Source of the DNA: a virus
Virus record (IMG/VR): IMGVR_UViG_3300037088_000682
Coordinates: 7,489-71,488 of that record
Length of the DNA stretch: 64,000 nucleotides
Direction: 5' to 3' (one strand)
A program made the position numbers and the translations under genes. The first letter of the stretch is position 1. Every line of letters starts with the position of its first letter. Shown piece by piece: positions 50,054-58,062 of this stretch. Under the pieces are notes generated by a model. That model was not told the origin of the DNA. It did not search any database and saw only the letters and a list, made by a program, of their open reading frames with translations.

Positions 50054-51214
50054 ATGCCACCACCAATTTGGGCAACACTAGGGCAGGCTATCTACCCGAG
50101 GCCCGCCGAAGGGAACATAATCAGCAGGGATTCTGTTGCGATCATCGTTTACATCAGGGATGAAGAAGTGCATCTTAACTCTAGTGGGGTTGTATTTACC
50201 GTAGATACCAGCATATTAGCTCGAGATTGGATGCCAAGTTCAGAAGCAGAGCCCTTTTTACAGTGGGGTATTCCTTCAGGGGTTACTCATATTCTTGGGG
50301 GTCAACCTGAGTTCGTTGGGGTACTTCCTGTTACCCCAGAGTTAGTTCCAATCCAACCTACTGATCCGGTAAGCAATCGTTGGCTTCAAACCGGGGTCAG
50401 GCTCCAACCGTTGGGAGAAGGCCCAGGAGGAGTCATTACTGGGGTGACTGATCGCGGGATTCATATTAGAGACGTTGAGCGTTGGGACACAACTCCCATG
50501 CAACTTGGAACTACCGTACGAGTCTTCACTCCTCTGGAAGTCTTAGAGTTATACCGGCCAGCTCCGCCACCCATGCCATCTTGGTTCGCCGTTGGCTCTA
50601 GGATTGTTCAAAACCACGATCAACGGACTTACATTATTCTCTCATTCAGCCCAGAAACCTACTCCATGAGGGCTACCCTCGAAGACGAGGTAAGCCCAGT
50701 CACTTTCTCTGTCAATGACTTCGCTCGCCACTGGAGACCCGCTAGCTCCATCGTCGAACATCGACCCAATAGCAATAACACCCCGCTTGTTCCAACAAGA
50801 GTTCAGGTTGCTCCGCCTTGGTTAATCCCAGGTACTTTTCTTAGAAAACGAGCTAAACCACCCTACTTGGTGACCGTCACAAGCCTAGATTCAGAGCATT
50901 TTACTGTACGGCTGACTCAAGTGGCAAGCTTGAATCCAATGAAATTGGGTCCTACTTGGGAGGAAACCGAGTACTGTAAAGTAGAAGAGCAGTTTAATCC
51001 AGTTGATTTGGATGGGGTCGCAAGGGCTGAGTACAAGTGCCCGAAGTGCGGGGAACTTGGCGCCAGAGACAAGGCAGCGGAAGAGCGAAGATTGATTGAA
51101 AAGGTACGGGCTTATACCTGCAAGCAAGAGCACACGTGGTACTTCATTGACGGTACCGACTACGACGGCCAGGTAGCGATACCCACTAGATTTGAAAGGG
51201 ATATCGGCATTTAG
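50054..51214 (+). CDS. multi-module hypothetical protein with zinc ribbon, C-terminal tag PTRFERDIGI
   Basis: Four (P)xW...G repeats; CPKC...C..EH; tag at the terminus. Confidence 0.75.
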   Translation: MPPPIWATLGQAIYPRPAEGNIISRDSVAIIVYIRDEEVHLNSSGVVFTVDTSILARDWMPSSEAEPFLQWGIPSGVTHILGGQPEFVGVLPVTPELVPIQPTDPVSNRWLQTGVRLQPLGEGPGGVITGVTDRGIHIRDVERWDTTPMQLGTTVRVFTPLEVLELYRPAPPPMPSWFAVGSRIVQNHDQRTYIILSFSPETYSMRATLEDEVSPVTFSVNDFARHWRPASSIVEHRPNSNNTPLVPTRVQVAPPWLIPGTFLRKRAKPPYLVTVTSLDSEHFTVRLTQVASLNPMKLGPTWEETEYCKVEEQFNPVDLDGVARAEYKCPKCGELGARDKAAEERRLIEKVRAYTCKQEHTWYFIDGTDYDGQVAIPTRFERDIGI

Positions 51215-51257
51215 CAGTGTCTTTTTTTGCGATCTGGTGTAGTGTCCCCGTGAAGTT

Positions 51258-52466
51258 ATGAATAAACCGACCAAACTCAAGACTCCTCGGCCCGTACCTT
51301 TCAAGAAACCAGAATGGTGGAATGCATTCAACCTCGAATCTCTCGAAAGGTACAGCGATACTGCCAGGATGCTCCTGGATTATGCAATCACCTCTGGCCA
51401 GACGGTCTACTCGGGAAGCTGCAAGGGTGTTCTGGAGGATGCCGGAGAAGAACACGCTTTTGAGGAGTTCGTCAAAGCTCTGGTTGATGGGGTTGGGGGC
51501 TCCACAAACTTCGCCCACTGCCCGATATTTGGACGCGGTGAAACTGAAACCTGGGTCCTATGGGCCAACGGGTCTATTACGATTCGGGTTGGGCTCGACA
51601 AGAAGATAACGGTTAGCATCTGCACTCTCAGTCTAGAGTCCTATCAGATTGTTGGGGGTATTCTGGGAGAATACTTGTTGCCGGAGAACGTGAGACAGCC
51701 GGTTTATGCTCTTGCTGAGGGCCCGACTGGTACTGAAATCATGGAGGTTGGGCTCGCCGGTGAGGCTCTCGAGCGTGATAACTACGAGGATGAGGTTCTC
51801 AAAGGCTTTGACTTCATAGTGTCGGAGTTCCAACGGGAAGCCCCCATCGGGCGCCTAGCCATCATATACGGAGACCCGGGCAGCGGCAAGACCTACATGA
51901 TTCGTGGATTCCTCGAAGAAGTGCCAGATGCCATCTTCGTTCTGATACCTAGCCACCTTGTTGAGTCACTAGCGGGACCAAAATTGGTACCTATGTTGAT
52001 TCGAGCTCGAAGTTTGGCTGGAACAGACAGTCCCATCATCCTAGTTATCGAGGATGCGGATAAGGCTCTTGTCATTCGGGAGGAGGGATCTCTGGCAGCC
52101 ATCTCTTCTCTGCTCAATGTGTCTGATGGTATCCTTGGACACACGCTGAACTTGAGGGTCATTTGCACCACCAATGCCAAGATTGAACACATTGATCCAG
52201 CTCTTTTAAGGGCTGGTCGACTCTCACTTCAGATCAATATTGGGAAGTTGTCCACCGCGAAGTGTACTGCTATCTACGAGCGAATCATGAACGGGGAAAC
52301 TGTCATCTTCAACGAGGAACAACCCCTCGCCGAGGTCTATCGGTTCGCCAATACCGAATCTTATGCTGATTCAGATGAGGACACCGATGAGAGTGAAGAC
52401 GAAGACGAGGATGATGACGAAACTCTCGATGGTGATGACGATGAGGACGAGGACGAAGAGGAATGA
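51258..52466 (+). CDS. AAA+ ATPase with highly acidic C-terminal tail
   Basis: GDPGSGKT; LVIEDAD; LLNVSDG; TTN...IDPALLRAGRL; D/E tail of about 30 aa. Confidence 0.9.
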   Translation: MNKPTKLKTPRPVPFKKPEWWNAFNLESLERYSDTARMLLDYAITSGQTVYSGSCKGVLEDAGEEHAFEEFVKALVDGVGGSTNFAHCPIFGRGETETWVLWANGSITIRVGLDKKITVSICTLSLESYQIVGGILGEYLLPENVRQPVYALAEGPTGTEIMEVGLAGEALERDNYEDEVLKGFDFIVSEFQREAPIGRLAIIYGDPGSGKTYMIRGFLEEVPDAIFVLIPSHLVESLAGPKLVPMLIRARSLAGTDSPIILVIEDADKALVIREEGSLAAISSLLNVSDGILGHTLNLRVICTTNAKIEHIDPALLRAGRLSLQINIGKLSTAKCTAIYERIMNGETVIFNEEQPLAEVYRFANTESYADSDEDTDESEDEDEDDDETLDGDDDEDEDEEE

Positions 52467-52769
52467 GTGGCCGCTAGAAAAAGAATCACAGATCTAACAC
52501 TACTTAATGCGCTTCTCGATGCTGGGAAGTCAAGGCTTTCAATTAGTGAAGCTAAATCCTTCAATTCTATGTTGGACGGCCTTGACGCGGGACAGTTCAT
52601 TAACCTTACTCAAGGTCAACGTGAGTGGGTTGAAAAGAAGTACTACGAATTAGGGATGGATCGTGCTTACATTAACAAGGCCCCTCCTATTCGAAAGCCT
52701 TCCATTAAAGGGAAACTGGGCACCCCCATTTGGGAACAACCAAGACCAGCAAGACCACCTGGTAGGTGA
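52467..52769 (+). CDS. hypothetical protein
   Basis: 100-aa ORF directly after the ATPase. Confidence 0.6.
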   Translation: MAARKRITDLTLLNALLDAGKSRLSISEAKSFNSMLDGLDAGQFINLTQGQREWVEKKYYELGMDRAYINKAPPIRKPSIKGKLGTPIWEQPRPARPPGR

Positions 52770-52772
52770 TTC

Positions 52773-53203
52773 GTGGGATTTCTTATACGTTTCAATGACT
52801 CAGTAATCACTGTTATGCATCGAGGTGATACTCGCTGCACCTTACGGGTAGAGAACGGGCCCGTTACGATTCAACGATATGATCCTGGGTCGGATCAGTC
52901 TGAACACACAACTAATCTTAGGGCATACAGGAGTCAACTTCTACCTAACCTGCACTTCTATGTGTCAGAACACAAAAAACCCCACCAGAGGTTGTTAGAC
53001 CCACCCGCTTTGAGAGACTTCTTCGAGAGTCCGAGGTTTGGGAAGAATATCGACCCCCACCTAAACCTATCCAAAAGAGCAAAGAAATCACAGAGGCTGA
53101 GTTGGCAGAAATCTTCAACAAGCCTAAGAAGATGATTGCTGAGGCTCCAGATCCAATGGGGATCGACATTACGAAACTTATGGAAGAGGTTTTGAAGTCC
53201 TAG
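52773..53203 (+). pseudogene. hypothetical protein with probable frameshift near 53075
   Basis: Alternative frame KEITEAELAEIFNKPKKMIAEAPDPMGIDITKLMEEVLKS-stop fills the gap to the next promoter. Confidence 0.45.
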
Positions 53204-53220
53204 GTGTAGTAGGGAGTGTC

Positions 53221-54150
53221 ATGCTGTTCCGACTAGACAACCCACGCTTCATCATGAACTCGCAGGAATTCCCTGCGAATGTAGTTTTCTACTGTCTGGC
53301 CTATCAGGACTGCACGGGGGATCTCATTGTCAATTACACAGATCCCGGGTCATCGAGACGTGTAACCGAACCCATTACTCCAACCAGAAGTTTACCCATA
53401 TTTGCCGGGATGACTCTTCATGAGTATGTAGTTCCGTTTTTAGAGTTACATGACAATCTTGGACGGCGCGGGGCCACCGTTGGGTTCAACTTCGTAGCTC
53501 GAAGTTCCTTCAGGGTTGCCGGAGCCAACTATGGTACTCGAACCTTAGATACGACCATGATATTCCCAGTCATTGGCGGTGGAATCATTAGGATCCAAGC
53601 CGGTGGGCAGGAATGGGACATTGCCAACCCAACCTTTGACCCCAATGCCCAAATTCCAGGAATGAATACCACTTATGGAACGGGAGGTAGCGCAGATTAC
53701 ATAAGCGGCCCTCAAGGGATTGAAAACCGACGAGTACCTGATGATATCATGATCAATGCTTACCAAAGGACACATCGTGGTTACGTCGGTGATACTAGTG
53801 AAATTGAACGTAGGCGAGCCGCTCGTCTAGCCAACTTTGATCTGAGAGAGGTGTCCGCTCTCGAACAGCAACAGGAAGCCCAGACCCCACCCCCACAAGC
53901 TGAGAGTAGAATCACTTTGTCGGCAGCCGAATTACGTCGACAAGAACGGGAAGTTCAGATTCAGGAAGCCGAAACTAGCCGAGTAGGCAGCCTATCCCCA
54001 ACCCCGGCTATCGGCGGGCACAGCCGTATTATCGGAGCGAGACTCACAGAAGAGCGGGAGGTTAGTTTGATCATGCCGGCAACCAAAGCCCCCAAAGCTC
54101 CACCGAAAACCCGCCTCGAACGCATATCCGAAGATACAGAAGAAGATTGA
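53221..54150 (+). CDS. hypothetical protein, tag variant TRLERISEDTEED
   Basis: GGTGTA upstream; Pro-rich linker precedes the tag. Confidence 0.7.
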   Translation: MLFRLDNPRFIMNSQEFPANVVFYCLAYQDCTGDLIVNYTDPGSSRRVTEPITPTRSLPIFAGMTLHEYVVPFLELHDNLGRRGATVGFNFVARSSFRVAGANYGTRTLDTTMIFPVIGGGIIRIQAGGQEWDIANPTFDPNAQIPGMNTTYGTGGSADYISGPQGIENRRVPDDIMINAYQRTHRGYVGDTSEIERRRAARLANFDLREVSALEQQQEAQTPPPQAESRITLSAAELRRQEREVQIQEAETSRVGSLSPTPAIGGHSRIIGARLTEEREVSLIMPATKAPKAPPKTRLERISEDTEED

Positions 54151-54192
54151 TTGAACTTCAGAACCATGCTATTCGATTCCCCTGGTGAGTAG

Positions 54193-54690
54193 ATGAAATT
54201 CCTCAAGGATCTGATTCCAATAGTAGATGAACTTAGGATTACCATCCGACACATTGTTGGGGTAGGACTGCGTAAGATCGCTGATTACCTATTGTGGGAT
54301 TACAACGAGGCATCACCCGTTGAGGTCAAGCCATCGGTAGAAGTCGATCCTCCAGTCAAGGTGCGGGATCGAAGCAACTACGATCCTATGAAGCACGGGT
54401 CAGTCCCATCAGCCTTGTATGGGGCTCTCACAGTGCTCTTGGCAAAGATGCCGCCTGGGTATCCGATGACCATCAATCAACTCTTGGAGGAGTTTGAGGC
54501 CACCGATTCAACGCTACGCAAAGGGCTCAAGATCATGATCGAGCGCGGAGTTATCGGTCAGGGTGGGTCTCCAGCAGAGTTCTTCATTCTCGACAGGGAT
54601 GGAGCTACCAAACAGGTCAAGGAATTTGAGGAGAGGGGGGTAGCCTTGTACCTAAAGCAACGCGGGGAAGCGGACGCGAGCCTGCACTAA
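54193..54690 (+). CDS. winged-helix-like protein
   Basis: MTINQLLEEFEATDSTLRKGLKIMIERGVI. Confidence 0.5.
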   Translation: MKFLKDLIPIVDELRITIRHIVGVGLRKIADYLLWDYNEASPVEVKPSVEVDPPVKVRDRSNYDPMKHGSVPSALYGALTVLLAKMPPGYPMTINQLLEEFEATDSTLRKGLKIMIERGVIGQGGSPAEFFILDRDGATKQVKEFEERGVALYLKQRGEADASLH

Positions 54691-55212
54691 CTTTCTGAAA
54701 AGGGCTTCTTTCCCAGGCATTGAGAACGGAAGTGTGATAAAGATCTTGTCGTCTCCCGAGTCACCACCCCACAACACCATCTCATAAGCAGCCCACTCGA
54801 ACGGCCCCACGGGAAATGGCTGAATAGGTTCCTCTGCGTAGGCCAAACATACATGGGGTTTGTACTCAGGGTGCTTCTTCGAATACTTGACGTTGGCCTC
54901 ATCGAATGAGGTGCAGAGATCCTTTTGAAACTGAACTAACTCAGGGCTCTTCACAATTCCAATGATGGGTACTCCGTCATCACCCTTAGGGAAGCAACCC
55001 ACCTCTTCTACGAGTAATGGGATGGGTCGAGTACGACTAGCTACCTCATAGGCCACTATGATTGCTTTGGAGATCTCGTCGATAGGGACGTTACTTCCAA
55101 AATAAATGGCAGTAATATGCAAGTCCGCCCTGCTCTCAGCCTCACCAGGTACATCAATCTGGCTTAGTAGGCGCGCTACCTCATGAGGTACAGCTAATCC
55201 GAGAAATGCCAT
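54652..55212 (-). CDS. 2H phosphoesterase (LigT/Acb1-like)
   Basis: Two Hx(T/S)-type motifs: LHITAIY and YKPHVCLAY. Confidence 0.8.
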   Translation of the reverse strand: MAFLGLAVPHEVARLLSQIDVPGEAESRADLHITAIYFGSNVPIDEISKAIIVAYEVASRTRPIPLLVEEVGCFPKGDDGVPIIGIVKSPELVQFQKDLCTSFDEANVKYSKKHPEYKPHVCLAYAEEPIQPFPVGPFEWAAYEMVLWGGDSGDDKIFITLPFSMPGKEALFRKLVQARVRFPALL

Positions 55213-55272
55213 TCTCTAGTCACTCTTGATAAGAAGAAGTTCTAGTCCCTCACAACAGGTGTAATAGCTGTC

Positions 55273-55824
55273 ATGTCCGAGACCCAAGTAATTCAAATCC
55301 TACAAAAACATTCAGTTCTACGAACCACTCCGGATAAGCCATTCATACTGAAATCCGGTAAGCAATCGCTGGTCTATGTAGATGTCCGTAACACCGCTCT
55401 TAGCCACGAAGGTATCTGGGTTCTTGCTCCTTTTCTATACGAGAAGGTGCTTGGCTACCCGAATGTCAACCTAGTGGCCGGAGTTGCCCTCGGTGGTTGC
55501 CCTCTGGCATCGGGGGTTTCAATGTACTCCTCGACCCGGGAGCGCCACCTGGACACCCTCTATGTAAGACCGGTGGCCAAAGATCATGGCACTGGAAAGC
55601 TCGTGGAGGGGGTCTTCAAAGCCGGTGCTGAAGTGGTCTTGCTCGAGGACGTAGTGACCTCCGGAGGTTCCTCCGTGACGGCAATCAAGACCCTACAAGA
55701 GGCTGGACTCAAGGTCACAGCGGTCATCGCCGTTCTGGACAGGGAAGAAGGCGGCCGATCCCTCATCGAGCCCCACTGTAGCTTCCACGCGCTTAGTGTA
55801 CTCAAAGATCTGTTGGCCAATTGA
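55273..55824 (+). CDS. pyrE: orotate phosphoribosyltransferase
   Basis: FILKSGKQS..YVD.R, KDHGT, VLLEDVVTSGGS, LDREEG. Confidence 0.93.
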   Translation: MSETQVIQILQKHSVLRTTPDKPFILKSGKQSLVYVDVRNTALSHEGIWVLAPFLYEKVLGYPNVNLVAGVALGGCPLASGVSMYSSTRERHLDTLYVRPVAKDHGTGKLVEGVFKAGAEVVLLEDVVTSGGSSVTAIKTLQEAGLKVTAVIAVLDREEGGRSLIEPHCSFHALSVLKDLLAN

Positions 55825-56389
55825 CCTGAACCTTGGGGCCAACATAAAAGTTACGGTACTGTCACCAAATTAGTTGAGATTTATGCCTCATATCCGTAAT
55901 AGTTTATGAGGCATATGGAATACGAAGTCCTAAATTTACGAACGAGAAGGCGAATAGCGAAGCTTTGGGGTGTTCCACCTTTCAGGGTCGATGTTCAAGT
56001 TGACCCTGAAAGGAAGCTACTGAAGGCGACTATTGACGGACATGATCCCGATGAGACTCTACAAGCTATCTTGGAGAAGGACATTCGAGATTTCACTCAA
56101 GCCGCTGTACGTGGGATGAACTAGATGTCCCAGATAACTGCTGCACGAACGGTGACTCGAGTTGATCTGTTTGACGCTGCCTATCGAGGGTTCCGAGTGT
56201 ACAAGGGGATCCGAGAAGCGGCTACAGAGGCTCTTCAAGATGTCATTGGGCCAACCAAGGTCACGCCAATCCTGGGTGGCTACTCCATCGTCTGCGGTGA
56301 GAAGGGTGTGATGGCAGGGGATAACGAAAACGAATTTCTAGAGTCAGCCAGAAGATTAGCCTCTCAGTTCAGAAAGTAACAAAACTCAT

Positions 56390-56878
56390 ATGTCGAATGA
56401 AGTGACGGCTGTTTACGCAGGCAGCTTCGACCCAATTACCCATGGCCACGAAGACCTTGTCAAGAGAGCCAGTCTTCGATTCAAGGAGGTCATAGTTGGA
56501 ATCGGAACCAACTCGTCAAAGACCCCATTCTTCCTACCGGGGGAGCGCAAGCAGCTCATCGAAACCGTCTGTTCTGAGATTGGCAACGTCCGAGTTGAAA
56601 TCTTCAGTGGCCTTTTGGTCAAGTTCTGTAAGAGCGTTGGAGCCGGAGTCATCATCCGCGGGTTCAGATCAGTATCTGACTTCGAGGTTGAGTTGGCCAT
56701 AGCTCATGTGAACTCACAACAGGCACCGGAGATTGAGACCTTCTTCCTAGCGGCGAAGCCAGAGCACACTTTCATCTCCTCCTCGGTAGCCCGTGAGCTT
56801 GCCTTGCACGGCGGCAATCTTGAGTACTACGTCCACCCTGAAGTGGCTAAGGCCATGAGGCGGAAGTCTAGTGGATAA
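56390..56878 (+). CDS. coaD: phosphopantetheine adenylyltransferase
   Basis: YAGSFDPITHGH, IIRGFRSVSDFE.E, IETFFL, ISSS..RE. Confidence 0.93.
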   Translation: MSNEVTAVYAGSFDPITHGHEDLVKRASLRFKEVIVGIGTNSSKTPFFLPGERKQLIETVCSEIGNVRVEIFSGLLVKFCKSVGAGVIIRGFRSVSDFEVELAIAHVNSQQAPEIETFFLAAKPEHTFISSSVARELALHGGNLEYYVHPEVAKAMRRKSSG

Positions 56879-57063
56879 CGACCCCAAGTTCCCAAAGGGT
56901 AATGAGGGTGTCATCGCCGCCCGCCAGTATCTCTATGGGGTGCTCTGGTCAATGCTAGATACTGAATTGAACGGAGACAACCTCGGGAAGCTAGAGGGAT
57001 GGGTGTTCGGCGGCATCGAAACAGAGCATGACAAGAAGCTACTCATTAAGGCTATTGAACGCC

Positions 57064-57573
57064 TCAAGAGTTCGGTGCGCAAGAAGGCTGGCTGGTCTTG
57101 AGCATCTCTTCTGCCGTGTTCCTGAGTATCTGAGTCAATTGCGGGTTGATCCCAAATCTATTCGAGTTGTACTCAATACTGCGCATAATGTCCCCGTCAG
57201 CATGTCTCTTTGTAGATGCTAACCAATCGATCATCATCTCGAGAAGGTCGATAAGATTCATTCCCTCGATGCCATTGGGGTAGAACTGCGGATGATGTTT
57301 GTTATTTTTGTAATGGTGCTCTAGGGCTGGCCCCATCTCAGTGAGGTACTGATTGTACTCGGGGCTCCCAAAGGTTGTCCCTCGCAGCTTCGAAGTGTAC
57401 TCAGCGAACATGCTGACCTCAGGGGATACTAGCTTGGAGAGGTCGTGGAGCTCACCTCGCTTGAGTAACTCTACGGCGGCTTCCCTAAGGAGCACCCTCA
57501 CTACATTGATGTGCTTCTGGGTCTCTGCATTAGCTTCGAGCTCGGCAAGGTTTAGCTTCTGCGTTTCAGTCAT
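57064..57573 (-). CDS. HD-like domain protein (DUF5662-type)
   Basis: HI..V, HDLSK, HHY..N.HHP, DLLEM..DW. Confidence 0.7.
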   Translation of the reverse strand: MTETQKLNLAELEANAETQKHINVVRVLLREAAVELLKRGELHDLSKLVSPEVSMFAEYTSKLRGTTFGSPEYNQYLTEMGPALEHHYKNNKHHPQFYPNGIEGMNLIDLLEMMIDWLASTKRHADGDIMRSIEYNSNRFGINPQLTQILRNTAEEMLKTSQPSCAPNS

Positions 57574-58062
57574 TCAATCGTCTTCCAGTAAGGCATTGAT
57601 TCGGTCGAATCTAGTTAGCTGCCCTTGTTGGGCAACCCCGTTAAATAGTGGGTTGTTGGTGTTGAGTCTAGAGAACATCCACTTAACTGGGACAGTTGGT
57701 ACCACAACGATGGGTGTCTCAAAGACAATGAAGGTCAGCTGAAAGTTGACTCGGATGATCTCGAGTTCAAGATTGTCCCAGTCAGAGCCCTCTCTTGTCA
57801 GAATAAAGTCGATAGCAAAGGCAGTACCCCGTTGAGATCCTAAGTAAGATCTAGCCTCATACTCACCCGCTCGATAGAGTTTGAAAACTGGGTCATCAGA
57901 CTTGAAACTACTCACCCTAGACTTTCTGGTGGGGTGTCGATCAATACGAACAAGGGAGGGTGTCCACATCTGCTCAGGGCCACCACCCAAGATAACCTGT
58001 GGGGTTAGTCCACGGATCTTATCGATCTTGGCCTCGGGCCTCGACAAGTCGATTTGAATCAA
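57574..58062 (-). CDS. hypothetical protein, C-terminal tag TRFDRINALLEDD
   Basis: Tag at the terminus. Confidence 0.65.
   Translation of the reverse strand: MIQIDLSRPEAKIDKIRGLTPQVILGGGPEQMWTPSLVRIDRHPTRKSRVSSFKSDDPVFKLYRAGEYEARSYLGSQRGTAFAIDFILTREGSDWDNLELEIIRVNFQLTFIVFETPIVVVPTVPVKWMFSRLNTNNPLFNGVAQQGQLTRFDRINALLEDD

Noticed and set aside
1-58062. TRFER tag as a DNA repeat, mobile element, att site or DGR target
   Set aside because: Third codon positions and Arg/Ser codon choice vary freely, there is no flanking nucleotide identity, and no reverse transcriptase or recombinase is present in the window.
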